Of a stretch of 64,000 nt of DNA, positions 20,591 to 31,303 are shown one piece after another (within the stretch, counting starts at the first letter, position 1; each line of letters starts with the position of its first letter). Below the pieces are notes generated by a model, which was given only the letters and a program-made list of their open reading frames with translations, did not search any database and was not told the DNA's origin. The position numbers and the translations under genes are program-made. The stretch covers positions 6,131 to 70,130 of the IMG/VR virus record IMGVR_UViG_3300032397_000010; one strand, 5' to 3'. Origin of the DNA: a virus.

Positions 20591-21277
20591 ATGAGGGATA
20601 CCAGTATTGATGCCTTCCATGAGATGGAAGAGGTTCTCAGTCTCATGCGGCTGGAGGCCTACAACATGCTGCATGACCACGGTCCTTTGACCGGCAGGGA
20701 GATGAATGCTCGGGCGGATAACCCAAGCTTTCATAAGCGGCTGTCAGAGCTTGAAGACATGGGTGTGATCTACACTCCAGGGAAGCGTGTCTGCACCGTC
20801 ACCGGACTACTCGTTCACGAATGGTTGGTGACGAGCGGGTCTCCGAAGAAGCTGATCAAGCAGGCTCCGCCGAGACCGAAGGCAGAGCAGATTCTCGTTG
20901 CGGTGAACTTCATGCGCTGGCTTTACGTGCTTGCTTCCTACCGGAAGAAAGCGGTTCCAGACGAGTTTGTTGTTGTAGTGCGATGGCTTCGGTGGCTCTC
21001 GAGAAAAGCTAAGAAAGGTCACATCAGGACTGTTCCCGTAGGCCCATGGCTCATGGATGGTCATTGCGCTATGCGGTGCCTGTACGGGACCGACGCATCT
21101 CGCGTCGAAAACCGGGTGGCGTTCATCGAAAAGACGCCGCGCGTACGGGTTGCTCTGGGAGAGGAACAGGGCTCGTGGGAGCAGGGGCCGAAAGGCAGTG
21201 CCCCGGAGTGCGGACGGCACCAGCCGTCCAGAGAATGGTGCGACCTGCGTCTGGTAGAACTAGGGTACGTTTGGTAG
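20591..21277 (+). CDS. Hypothetical protein with N-terminal winged-helix-like region
   Basis: HGPLTGREM..HKRLSELEDMG..R.C.VTG; lower GC than its neighbours. Confidence 0.55.
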   Translation: MRDTSIDAFHEMEEVLSLMRLEAYNMLHDHGPLTGREMNARADNPSFHKRLSELEDMGVIYTPGKRVCTVTGLLVHEWLVTSGSPKKLIKQAPPRPKAEQILVAVNFMRWLYVLASYRKKAVPDEFVVVVRWLRWLSRKAKKGHIRTVPVGPWLMDGHCAMRCLYGTDASRVENRVAFIEKTPRVRVALGEEQGSWEQGPKGSAPECGRHQPSREWCDLRLVELGYVW

Positions 21278-21321
21278 AATATTAACCAAGACGGTGCGTC
21301 TCAGGACTGCGGGAGGAATTC

Positions 21322-22712
21322 ATGGTCACGACGAAGCCGACGGTGCATCTCAACGGCACGAGCCCCACGTCCCTCTCCGAGGGCTACGAGGCGGCTGTGG
21401 AGGCCATCCGGGCGGCCGAGCGCACGCTCGCCGATGCGTCGCCCAACGCGCGGGACTACTACCCGCAGGGGCCCGGCGCGTTCGATGTGGCAGACGACGA
21501 GCACCGCGCCCGTCGCCTCGCCCTGGCGGCGGTCCGGGAGGATCTCGAGGCGCTCTGGGAGCACGTCCAGGCCACGCGGGGGCGGCGATGAGCGGGCACT
21601 CTGAGTGGGCGCTGCGCGTGTTCCAGCAGATCAACCGCTGGCCTCGTACGATGGCCCGGCGGCTGTTCCCGACGCAGCCGCACGGGCACGTCCGGGCGAC
21701 CCGGACGCTTGCCGAGATGGCGCGCAGCACGGCGCTCGCGATGGACCTGCGTGTCCGAGGGGCGATCTCGCAGGCCCTGGCTCACGAGGACGCGGCCGAT
21801 GCCGCGTACGGCCGCCTGCCCGCGTGGGCGAAGGACCATGGCGACGCGATCAGTGTGTACGCCGAGGAACCGTTCTCGGTGCTGTGGACGAGAGGGAGGT
21901 AGCCGTGGCGATGAAGGAAGAGAACCTGCGGATGCAGCGCGTGAGGTGGTATCGGACCCGCCCGATGCACGTCGCCGAGTGCGACTTCGTCGGCTGCGGA
22001 GGCTGCGCACCGAAGCCGCCGACGGAGGCCGACGTGAAGCCCGGTACGCTGTGGAAGCACTACCTGAACGACCGCGTAGTTCGCGTGATGACGCACTACC
22101 CGGACACGACGCTGGTGCTGATCCGTGCGCTGACGCCCCCGAATAAGTCCAAGTCACGGGGCGTCATGGGCCCCCCTCGTGTGAACACCGCGCCGATCAA
22201 CATCAACTCGTTCCTGGCCCAGTACTTCCCCGAGAAGGCGTGACGTCATGGTGACCCGCAACACCGAAGCCGCGATGGACCTGCTCGAGGAGAGTCGCGC
22301 GAAGCTGATCGCCGACGCGCGCCGGATCGCCGCGATGCTCATCAGGAAGTGCGGCTACACGCACTCGCGCGACGTGCGTCACGAGATGCACCGCATCGGC
22401 CTGCTCGACGGGTACGACGGCGCGGACTACTGGCTGGGCTGCGTGTTCCGCTCGCCGGAGTTCGTGTTCACCGGGGACTGGTACACGTACAGCGACCCGT
22501 ACCGCAACGTCCACGAGCGGCGCGTGCGGGTGTGGGCGCTTGCGGGCGAGGAGAGCAAGAAGAGGCCAGCGAAGAAGAAGCGCGGTCGCCCGGCGAAGCG
22601 GGTGGACACGCGGCAGACGTCGCTCCCGCTCCCGCTGCCCGCGCTGAAGAAGACGCCGGGGACGAAGCGCGCGAAGGTGAACGAGAGGCAACTCGGGCTT
22701 CCGGGGGTGTGA
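21322..22712 (+). CDS. Four hypothetical genes (21322-21591, 21588-21902, ~21911-22243, 22248-22712)
   Basis: Coupled ORFs with RBSs. Confidence 0.55.
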
Positions 22713-22714
22713 CG

Positions 22715-23740
22715 ATGATGCTCGGTCTGTACACGAAGCTGTCCGAGAACGTCGCTCGCGTGTGGGACGCCCTCGCGGTGGGCACGCCAGCGATTCGCGG
22801 CATCGAGGACCGTCCCTTCGTGGGCTCGATCCTGAACCGGTACTACGCCGACGTCTCCTCCTTCCAGTTCGCGCTGGAGGACGACATCATGCACCACTTC
22901 GTCTCGTGGAGACGCTGCGGGGCCCCCACGTTCCGGCTGACGCATGGGCTCGCTTCGGGCCTGTTGCTGACCGATCCGGCCCGCTTGCCGTGGTCAGAAG
23001 TTCGCTTGCCGTTCCCGTCGTTCGTCATCTCGCTGCCGCCGGGCGTGATCTTCTTCGACGACTTCGACGGATCGATGATCGAGGCGACGTTCGTCACGAT
23101 CAACGTGTTCAGCGTGCCGATGACCCGTGAGGAAGGCGAGGCTGTGTTCGATGCGATCGATGACAGCAGGACGCTGCCTGTGGTGATCGAGCGCATCCGC
23201 TCGATGCGCTCTGGGCCGCAACTGATGATTCGCGTCTTCAGCGACGGCGACAAGGCGAAGCTTTACTACATGGCCCCGGTCCCGACCGACCCCGCAACGA
23301 CGGTGCAGGAGGTCTTCGGGTTCGAGAACGACGACGGCATGCTCACCTCGCGCGACCACGCGGCGAACCGTGCCGTGGGACGGATCATCGTCGGCCTGTC
23401 GCAGTACCTGACGACCCACGACGAGGGCGGGGATCCCACCTGGACGCCCCGCGCGAAGCCGCAGGGACGGGCACACGGAGGCCACGCCTGGGACGTGGGC
23501 CGCGCTGTGAAGCTCTCTAGAGAGGTCCGCGAGGCGGCTGCGTCGTACACGCGGGAGCCCGGCAGCGAGGCCTGGAAGGTGTCGTCTCGGCACGTCGTGC
23601 GGGGGCACATGCATGGGTACTGGCACGGGCCGAGGAATGACCCGTCGAGGCGCGAGAAGCGCCTGCAGTGGATTGCTCCGTTCTGGCGGGGCCCGACGGA
23701 CGGTCCGGTGGTGCAACGTCTCTACGACGCGGAGGAGTGA
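22715..23740 (+). CDS. Phage hypothetical protein with C-terminal HxxRGH..W..PFWRG motif
   Basis: HVVRGHMHGYWHGP...WIAPFWRGP. Confidence 0.7.
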   Translation: MMLGLYTKLSENVARVWDALAVGTPAIRGIEDRPFVGSILNRYYADVSSFQFALEDDIMHHFVSWRRCGAPTFRLTHGLASGLLLTDPARLPWSEVRLPFPSFVISLPPGVIFFDDFDGSMIEATFVTINVFSVPMTREEGEAVFDAIDDSRTLPVVIERIRSMRSGPQLMIRVFSDGDKAKLYYMAPVPTDPATTVQEVFGFENDDGMLTSRDHAANRAVGRIIVGLSQYLTTHDEGGDPTWTPRAKPQGRAHGGHAWDVGRAVKLSREVREAAASYTREPGSEAWKVSSRHVVRGHMHGYWHGPRNDPSRREKRLQWIAPFWRGPTDGPVVQRLYDAEE

Positions 23741-23743
23741 ACG

Positions 23744-24900
23744 ATGAGCTACGACATCACGATCGCGCAGCAATGCCCGCACTGCGGGCACACGGACTCG
23801 TTCGAGTGGGATCCGACGTACAACCTCCGGGAGATGTTCGTCGAGGCCTTCGGCGGCAACGGCGTGCGCGACTTCGACGGCAAGAAAGGTAGCGAGGTGC
23901 TGCCGGTGCTCGAGCGCGCGCTCGTTGACATGCGCGCTCGCCCGGACCACTACCGCAAGCTCGACTCGCCCAACGGCTGGGGGACGTTCGACAGCGACAT
24001 CCCGGAGGTCAGCGTCCCCGCGTGCGTCGAGCGGTTCGCGGAGGCGTGTCGCCGGATGCCCGATGCGCTCGTGAAGGTGTAGAGGAGGTCGATGACGATG
24101 GAAAATCAGGCTGTACGAATGAACCGCGCCACCCGGCGTTGGCAGGAACGGAAGATCGCGGCGCTCGAGGCGCAGGCCCGCGTGGCTGCGTTGGGTCGGG
24201 CGGCGCGTGATCGGGCTCGAGAAGCCCAGAGCGCCTCCGAGGTAGCCTTGGACGCGGCTGCCCAGGCGGATCGGCATGCCGAGAACGTGAGGAAGCGTCT
24301 CGCCGAGGCGGAGGCAGCGGAGCAGGTACGCGTCGAGGCTGTCCTGGCGATCCAGGTCGCGCATGCTGCGGCTGCGCAAGAGGCTGAGTCGGCGCGCAGG
24401 TGCGTCGAGGAGGCACAGGAGGCCGCCAAGCTGGCATTCGAGGCGGTACAGCGGGCGCTTGCAGCGGCACATCGTGCCGAGAGCGAGGCCAGGGGTATCT
24501 GATGTACCCGACTAACGACGGCTTGTACCTGACCGACGACCGGTACTTCGTCGCGCTGAAGCGTCTGCGCGCCCGGATCGCGGGCGGGCTGGCGCTGACC
24601 TTCCACGATGACGACACGGTCGGCAGCAAGAGCACCGAGTGCTCGTGGGGGCTGTGCTCGCACGAGAAGGAGGCGTGGCCGGACGCCGAGGACCAACTGT
24701 TCGAGGACGACTTCAGGAAGCACGGTCGCATCGCGCCGAAGTACCAGCGGCAGGGGCAGACATGCCCGTTCGATGCGAACCCATCCCGACTCGGAAGTCC
24801 CAACGGGTGCTTCTACGACTGCATGGTGTTCCAGCGAAGCAAGCCGACGCCGACGCGGGAGCAGGCACTGGCTCTGTACGACGAAAGGATCCGACGATGA
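23744..24900 (+). CDS. Three hypothetical genes (23744-24082; 24092-24502 Ala-rich coiled coil; 24502-24900)
   Basis: ORFs with RBSs; TYNL..PNGWG motif in the first. Confidence 0.6.
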
Positions 24901-25229
24901 AGAAGCTCTTGCTCGTGGTGTTGTTCCTGACCGCGTGCGGTCCGACCGCGCCGGACCGAGGCCAGTTCACGCCCAGCGAACTCGCGGAAGGATGGCGGTG
25001 CGAAGACTACGTGCCCAACACCTTCACCGGTCTCGGAAACTGCGACTACGCATGCCCAGGCCTCGCCGGAGCGTGCTACGCGCGCGCCGAGGCATGGTGC
25101 TTCACGTCGCCGGAGTTGCTCCGGTTCCCTCATCGCCAGTGCTGGACGACGGAGGCGCTGTGCGTGAACGCGAGAGACGTCACGAGCGCGGCGATCCAGG
25201 ACAAGAGCCTGTGCGGGCTCGTGCCGTGA
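24897..25229 (+). CDS. Cys-rich lipoprotein
   Basis: MKKLLLVVLFLTAC lipobox. Confidence 0.7.
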   Translation: MKKLLLVVLFLTACGPTAPDRGQFTPSELAEGWRCEDYVPNTFTGLGNCDYACPGLAGACYARAEAWCFTSPELLRFPHRQCWTTEALCVNARDVTSAAIQDKSLCGLVP

Positions 25230-25350
25230 TGGTCTGGCTGTGGCTGTGCGTGAAGTGCGGATCGATCCTGTTGTCGCTGCATGACGCGCGGCACCACGAG
25301 CATGCCGCGCGCGTGATCAAGTGGCAGGTCGATGACGCGTACCTGTCGGA

Positions 25351-26034
25351 CTAGAAGGTTCCCTTCTTGAAGCGTGGATCGCGCATCGCTCGGTTGAATT
25401 CTGCGTTGAACTCCCGGATCTGCTTCGGGGTCATCTTCTTCCAGTCACCGCTCTTGGTCTGTCGCGTGCCGCGCGGCTTCTTGCGGGCCGGAGGCTCCAC
25501 GCACGCCAGCAACTTCGCGTAGTAGTCCGGCACCTCGCGCAGGTGCGCGAATACGATACGGGACGTGGTGACCTCGTTGCCGCCGGTCACGTCCCGATGC
25601 TCGAGTTCGACGGGGTAGCCGAGGCGGAACTCCGTGAGGTCCAGCGACTTCGGGAGGTACTTCGCCGGAACCTTCGCGAGGATCCGTCGGGCCTGTGCGA
25701 GCGTGAGCTTCTTCATCGGGTTCTTCCTCGGCGATTCTTCCTTCAGACACTTCTTGCACAGGTAGTCGCCATGCCACGGGCTACTCTCGGCCACCTCTCC
25801 GCCTTCCTCGACGGAGTGCGCCGGAAAGATCGCCGCGCGCCGACCGCACCGTGGGCACGGCTTCATCTCCACGTACCTCCCGCCCTGGCGCGCCTGTTCC
25901 CGCTGCTGCTCTTCCAGCGACAGGTCTTGCACGATCTTGGCGCGGCGTCCGAGACGGTAGGCTGCCGCCGATGCGGCGCGGTAGCTGCGGTGGCGGCCGA
26001 CCTCCAGGTCGTCGATCTTGATCACCCAGGCCAT
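25351..26034 (-). CDS. Multidomain protein: Zn ribbon, RKNP linker, DUF5661-like domain
   Basis: CPRC..CKKC, then RKNP, then G..VELEH..VT....IVFAHLREVPDYYAKL. Confidence 0.7.
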   Translation of the reverse strand: MAWVIKIDDLEVGRHRSYRAASAAAYRLGRRAKIVQDLSLEEQQREQARQGGRYVEMKPCPRCGRRAAIFPAHSVEEGGEVAESSPWHGDYLCKKCLKEESPRKNPMKKLTLAQARRILAKVPAKYLPKSLDLTEFRLGYPVELEHRDVTGGNEVTTSRIVFAHLREVPDYYAKLLACVEPPARKKPRGTRQTKSGDWKKMTPKQIREFNAEFNRAMRDPRFKKGTF

Positions 26035-26714
26035 GTCTTCTTGCCCTTCATCGTCCGGTACAAGTACCACGCCCCGGCCCCGGCGATGCCCAGCAGGGCG
26101 ATCGTCTCGAGCGCGCCGAGGCTACCGCTGCTGCCGCTGCCGACCACAAGCAGGTCCATGCGGCTGCGAGTCGGATAGATCCTGGAGAGGGCCTCGTACA
26201 TCGCCTGCGTGCCTGCGAAGATGTCGACGTGGCCGTACGACCCTGGTCGGTTCGTGAAGCCCCCGGTGTCGCCCGCGACGAACCAGCCGTCATGGACGAA
26301 CCCGCCTAGCGTCCCGACGCGCGGGATGGCGACGCCGTCCCACTGCCGGATGTAGACCCGCGATCCGTACGGGATGACGTGGCGATCAACGGCGAGGGTC
26401 CGTAGTGGCTCGAGGGGGCGTCCTTGGACGCCGACGCCCCACAGGTTGCTCGGTGGCAGGACCGTGTAGCAAGGCGACCCCTGGTAGCCCGCCACGTCGT
26501 AGTGCGTGGTGCCGCAGTCGTTCCCGGCGACGTTGATCACGCGGCCGTCCCTGAGCCTGCCGGACCCCTCGATGAACAGGGCGTCCGCATACGCCTGGGG
26601 AACCGTCGCGATGACGCCTCCGGCCCGGTCGGTAAGCTGGACGGTCGCACCGCCGCTGTAGTGGGCTTCGTCCGGCGTGAGGTAGTACGTGTTCCAGCCG
26701 ACGATCGCGGGCAT
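26022..26714 (-). CDS. 3D-domain (MltA-like) peptidoglycan hydrolase with C-terminal membrane anchor
   Basis: LAVDRHVIPYGSRVYI..AGDTGG..HVDIF; C-terminal TM followed by basic residues. Confidence 0.85.
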   Translation of the reverse strand: MPAIVGWNTYYLTPDEAHYSGGATVQLTDRAGGVIATVPQAYADALFIEGSGRLRDGRVINVAGNDCGTTHYDVAGYQGSPCYTVLPPSNLWGVGVQGRPLEPLRTLAVDRHVIPYGSRVYIRQWDGVAIPRVGTLGGFVHDGWFVAGDTGGFTNRPGSYGHVDIFAGTQAMYEALSRIYPTRSRMDLLVVGSGSSGSLGALETIALLGIAGAGAWYLYRTMKGKKTWPG

Positions 26715-26760
26715 GGCGCGATGCTACCATCGCTGCGGCGGCCGTAGTACCCTCGTGCCG

Positions 26761-27528
26761 ATGTCTACCCAGCACAACTTCGGCCCCGTCGGGATCATCG
26801 CCCCGAGCACGGCCGAATTGCCTGACGCCAGACTCCTGCCTCTCGGCAACTACTTCGTATCCGAATCCGACGGCAAGACCTACTTCGTGGTGCGGGGCGT
26901 TGGCGGAGTCCACACCTGGAAGCTCGTCTCTGGCGGCGGCGGGGCCCCCCTCTCGAACCTTGCTCCCCTGCCCGTCGGCACGACGTCTCCGGGCACGGGG
27001 GTCGAGGCGTCGCGCAACGACCACGTCCATGCTCACGGCAACCAGCCCGGAGGCTCGCTCCACGATCTGGTGATAGCCGATCCGGGTGGTGTGGCCGGGT
27101 TCATGTCGGGCCTGCAGGCTGCTCAGCTTGCGGCGCTGGTTGCCGCGCTCACTCCGCCGCCGCTCTTCCTGTACGTGCCCGGAGTGGTTCTCGGCGATCT
27201 GGTCACCATCGTCTCGCCCGATACGGTCGGGAAAGCCGACGCCACGTTAACGGCGACGATGCCAGCGATCGGATTCGTCACGTCGTTCCCCGACGCAACA
27301 CACCTCACGATCGTCATGGTGGGTTCTCTTTCCGGGTTCGTCGGTCTCGTACCAGGAACGAGCTACTACGTCGACAACGCGGTGCCGGGCGGCGTCACAA
27401 GCAACGTCGGCAACGGATACCTCGGCGCTCCGTTCGTCACCGGCAACGTGATTCAGAAGATCGGTGTTGCGATAAACCCCACGACGATGCTCGTCGCGAT
27501 GGGAAGCGAAGATACGCTCGGCGTGTAA
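26761..27528 (+). CDS. Putative virion fibre/decoration protein with shared N-terminal module
   Basis: TQHNFGPVG module; ASRNDHVH fibre motif; C-terminal beta domain similar to that of 27810. Confidence 0.7.
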   Translation: MSTQHNFGPVGIIAPSTAELPDARLLPLGNYFVSESDGKTYFVVRGVGGVHTWKLVSGGGGAPLSNLAPLPVGTTSPGTGVEASRNDHVHAHGNQPGGSLHDLVIADPGGVAGFMSGLQAAQLAALVAALTPPPLFLYVPGVVLGDLVTIVSPDTVGKADATLTATMPAIGFVTSFPDATHLTIVMVGSLSGFVGLVPGTSYYVDNAVPGGVTSNVGNGYLGAPFVTGNVIQKIGVAINPTTMLVAMGSEDTLGV

Positions 27529-27538
27529 GGAGAGTCAG

Positions 27539-27757
27539 ATGGCGCGATTCAAGTATCTGGGCGAGGTTCCACGACCGACAGTAGTCATCACCTATGGACC
27601 TTGCACGACGATCAACATTCCCAAGAAGGACGGAACCACACAGGCAGTGGTTGGTCCTCCTGGCGGATTCGTGATCGGGGCTGATATCGGTGTCGATATC
27701 ACAGATGAGCGATCGTTGCGTGTGATGGAAGCAGATCCAAGGTTCGCGAAAATCTAA
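27539..27757 (+). CDS. Small hypothetical (structural?) protein
   Basis: RBS AGGAG; lies inside the fibre operon. Confidence 0.6.
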   Translation: MARFKYLGEVPRPTVVITYGPCTTINIPKKDGTTQAVVGPPGGFVIGADIGVDITDERSLRVMEADPRFAKI

Positions 27758-27809
27758 GCATCGCTTCGATCACGGCCTGCAAACAGTTTTTACTCGGAGA
27801 TAAATCGTC

Positions 27810-30800
27810 ATGGCAAATCGCGCATTGATCAATATTGCTGGGATTACCCAGCAGATCCAAAACGGTAACTCGCTCTACGTCGGTGACGCCGTCGAGCGTG
27901 CACCGACGACACCCGGATCACTCGGTGTCGGAACAACGACATCTACCACGATCCTGAACCTCGGTACCGGAACAGCCGTTACACAGGTCGATATCGGCAC
28001 CGGGGCGTTGGTCGCCAGCATCAACATCGGCACCGGCATGGCTCTGGGTGACACCATCACGCTCGGTGGCGGAGGTGTCGGCGGGTCGCTGACGCGAGTC
28101 GCTGGTGACTTCGAGGTCGTCGGCGCAGAGACGATTCTAGGTCCTTCTACTTTCGCAGATACGATCATCATCGGTGACGGAACAGGGACCGACACGCTGT
28201 CGTTCTTCACTGGACCATACCCGAATGGCGGCTATCTCGGATCGGTCGCCAATCCGAATGTCAGCTTCCTGCCTGAGGTTGCTCACGTACTCAACGTCGG
28301 GCAGAGCACGACAGCAGCAACCCCTGGTTATGCCCTCACCATCCAAGGCGGCAAGGGTGTAAACAGCGCAACTCTCGCTCGGGAAGGTGGCACGTTGGCA
28401 CTGACCGGCGGAGCGGGCGGCGACTACTCTGGCCTCGCTGGCAGTTCTGGCTTCGGCGCGGACCTGCAACTTCACGGCGGAAACGCTGGGTTGGCTGGCA
28501 CTGGTGCCGGTAACTACGGCGGGCAGGTGGAAATCCTGGGTGGCGCGGCTACCGGAACGGGCCTTTACCCTGGTGGCAACGTATCGATCCAGGGTGGTCT
28601 GTCCGCCTCGGGACCGACCGGCCAGATTCACATCGGTGACGCGACCGCATCGCTGCTTTACATCGGTAACGCCTCTGCCACGACGGACTTCCAAGGCAAC
28701 CTGACCTCCGGCAACGGGACGATCAACTTCGCTGCGAACGGCACGTCGTCGATTTCGACGACTGCTAGCTCGATGACGCTCGACGGCTTCACGGGCGTCT
28801 CGCTCAGGAAGAACGGGGTGCAGCTTCTCGACGCCGGGATCTCGGCTGTAAGCACAGTCACAGTGACTGGCGCGCTGTCGCAGTCAGGTGGAGCGATCAA
28901 CCTCACCGGCAACGCCGCTTCGGAGATCAAGACGTCTCTGGGTGCCGGAAGGACTCTGATAATCTCTGGCGGAGCGAGCGGGCCAGGAATCGCGATGACC
29001 GTCACGACTGCTGACGCAGCGCCGGAAACACCAGCAAGAGACACACAGGTGACTGCTGGTGTCGGTGGTGCTACTGCCGGTGCGCTGGCGGGCGGTCTCG
29101 GCGGATCCGTGTACATCAACGGATCGACCGGAGGTGCCGGATCTGTAACCAAGGCGGCTGGTGATGGTGGTTCTGCCAACTTCAACGCTGGCGATGCTGG
29201 CGCTGCGAATACTGGTGCTGGAGCAGTCGGCGGCACGGTGTGGGTGGACGCTGGTCTCAGCACGAACGGCGGAGCGAACGGTGTCATCAACATCGGCACG
29301 TCGAAAGCCGAGAAGGTCACGATCGGTCGCACTGGCAAGACCGTCGAGATCGGTGGCAACCTGTCGATCCTCGGGACGTTCTACACGAACTCTGTTGATC
29401 GGCTGACAGCGGGCACGCTGACGCTCGGACCGGCGACCGCCACGCTGGTCGAGATCGGAAGCTCCGGCGCTCCTACATCAGTGCTCGGAGAACTGGACTT
29501 CAGTGCTGACATCGTCGGCAAGAAGGAGATCAATCACTCGATCTATGTTGCCGCGTCAACAACGGCGGACGAGGATGGCGGGTCGCTGTCGGCGTACGGC
29601 GGAAACAGCAGCAGCGGTGGCGTTTCCGCGAACGGCGGCAGCATCACCATCGCTGGCGGTAACTCGCTTGCGACGGATGGTAACGGCGGAGGCGTCGGCA
29701 TCGACGGTGGAGCAAAGGCTGGTACTGGTGTCGGCGGCAGCGTCACAATCGGCAAGACAAACGCTCCGGTAGTCCAGTTGGGGCATGCGTCCATCGGTGT
29801 TCTCACGGTCCAGAGTCTCGCAGGCGGATGGAATTCAGCGAACGCTGGCGCTTCGTCGCTGACGTTCAACGGAGCGGGCAGCGCGTCTTCGTATCTTGAG
29901 TTTCAGATCCTGGGCAACCAACTGCTCAAGATCGGCGGACCAGACGCGTCCGCATCCGTGATGACCGGCGGCTTCACACTTCAGCCCGGCGTAGGAGGCG
30001 GCACTGGAGGCTTCTTCAATCTCACGGGAGGTACCACGCTCGCTTCGTTCCTCAAGACGCAGCAACCTATCGCTGGCACAGCATCGGCCAGCAAGGGCAT
30101 CACCGTCGCGGTTGGTCAGGGTGCCAATTCGACCGGTGGCGCATCCGGTGCTGGTGGCGTTCTCGCTTTGGCGGGCGGCAAGGGCGGCAGTGCGTTCGGT
30201 CCTGCTGGAACCTCCAGCCTCGGCGGATCTGCGTCGCTGACGGGCGGTGCCGGTGGTGACGGAACCGCAGCTCAGACGGCGAAGGACGGAGGAACTGTCA
30301 CCGTGGCCGGTGGTGACGCTGGCGCGGCACCCAGCGTGGGCGCTGACGGAGGCCTCGCGACGCTGCGCGGCGGAGCGGCTACCGGCAACGGTCTCGGTGG
30401 CAACGTGTCCATCCAGGGCGGTCTCGGCGCGGGTCTCGGTGCTCCCGGCAGCATCAGCATCGGCACCACGGCATCGAAGAACATCACGATCGGCAACACC
30501 GGGACGACCGACCAGTTGGCGATTGACGGCGACGGTGTTCGCATCAACGGCGTCACGCAGCTCACGCTTCAGGCCAACAACGCCGATCTCCTGATCGGCA
30601 CTGCTGCCACGATGACGATCCAGAACGGCGTGACGCTGACATGCACCCCTGGTGTTGGCGGCGGTATGATCGACCTACCGAAGAACTTCCAGGTCTTCGG
30701 GGTATCGACAGCATACGCCAACCCCGGAACTGGCGCTGGCTTCGGTCAGGTCACGGCCGACAACCTGAACACGCTCACGGCGGGTTCCGGTTCGCTCGCT

Positions 30801-31241
30801 GACTCGCTGCACTATCATACGACCGGTGGCGCGTCGTCGATGGCAGTCACTCTCAACACCAGCACGAACAGCGTCACGGCGGGTCAGTGCGTGTACGTTG
30901 ATCCGGCAGCAACTGCCACCGCGAAGCAGGCGAAGGGTGTCATCACCGGCAACATGTGCCGTGTCGTCGGCATCAGGGAGGGCACTGCGAACAAGGTGAC
31001 GGTCGCCGGTATCGTGACGGACGCTCTGTTCGTCGGATCTCTGACGCCTGCTCTTGGTGATGTCGCGTACGTGTCGAACGTCGTCCCCGGCAGTCTCGTC
31101 AACACCACGGCTGGTTTCACAACTGTTGGTGTTGACGTGATTCAGCAGATGGGTTTCATCACCGATCTGAGGACGTACAACGGGACATCTGACCTCAAGA
31201 TGTCGGTTCTGGTTCAGCCGCAGTTCGTCATGCAGGTCTGA
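27810..31241 (+). CDS. Large Gly/Thr-rich fibre/spike protein (1143 aa)
   Basis: Repeated GGxxx(I/L)xGG units typical of polyglycine-rich phage fibres. Confidence 0.8.
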   Translation: MANRALINIAGITQQIQNGNSLYVGDAVERAPTTPGSLGVGTTTSTTILNLGTGTAVTQVDIGTGALVASINIGTGMALGDTITLGGGGVGGSLTRVAGDFEVVGAETILGPSTFADTIIIGDGTGTDTLSFFTGPYPNGGYLGSVANPNVSFLPEVAHVLNVGQSTTAATPGYALTIQGGKGVNSATLAREGGTLALTGGAGGDYSGLAGSSGFGADLQLHGGNAGLAGTGAGNYGGQVEILGGAATGTGLYPGGNVSIQGGLSASGPTGQIHIGDATASLLYIGNASATTDFQGNLTSGNGTINFAANGTSSISTTASSMTLDGFTGVSLRKNGVQLLDAGISAVSTVTVTGALSQSGGAINLTGNAASEIKTSLGAGRTLIISGGASGPGIAMTVTTADAAPETPARDTQVTAGVGGATAGALAGGLGGSVYINGSTGGAGSVTKAAGDGGSANFNAGDAGAANTGAGAVGGTVWVDAGLSTNGGANGVINIGTSKAEKVTIGRTGKTVEIGGNLSILGTFYTNSVDRLTAGTLTLGPATATLVEIGSSGAPTSVLGELDFSADIVGKKEINHSIYVAASTTADEDGGSLSAYGGNSSSGGVSANGGSITIAGGNSLATDGNGGGVGIDGGAKAGTGVGGSVTIGKTNAPVVQLGHASIGVLTVQSLAGGWNSANAGASSLTFNGAGSASSYLEFQILGNQLLKIGGPDASASVMTGGFTLQPGVGGGTGGFFNLTGGTTLASFLKTQQPIAGTASASKGITVAVGQGANSTGGASGAGGVLALAGGKGGSAFGPAGTSSLGGSASLTGGAGGDGTAAQTAKDGGTVTVAGGDAGAAPSVGADGGLATLRGGAATGNGLGGNVSIQGGLGAGLGAPGSISIGTTASKNITIGNTGTTDQLAIDGDGVRINGVTQLTLQANNADLLIGTAATMTIQNGVTLTCTPGVGGGMIDLPKNFQVFGVSTAYANPGTGAGFGQVTADNLNTLTAGSGSLADSLHYHTTGGASSMAVTLNTSTNSVTAGQCVYVDPAATATAKQAKGVITGNMCRVVGIREGTANKVTVAGIVTDALFVGSLTPALGDVAYVSNVVPGSLVNTTAGFTTVGVDVIQQMGFITDLRTYNGTSDLKMSVLVQPQFVMQV

Positions 31242-31255
31242 TAGAGTAGGCTCCG

Positions 31256-31281
31256 GCCGGGCGGCGCTGATGCCGCCCGGC
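31256..31281 (+). terminator. Hairpin after the fibre gene
   Basis: GCCGGGCGGC-6 nt-GCCGCCCGGC. Confidence 0.55.
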
Positions 31282-31303
31282 ATCTATTCTCAGGAGCAAC
31301 GCG

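Noticed and set aside
27810-31241. PE-PGRS, autotransporter or ice-nucleation protein
   Set aside because: No PE domain, signal peptide or beta-barrel; the context among virion-like genes favours a fibre.
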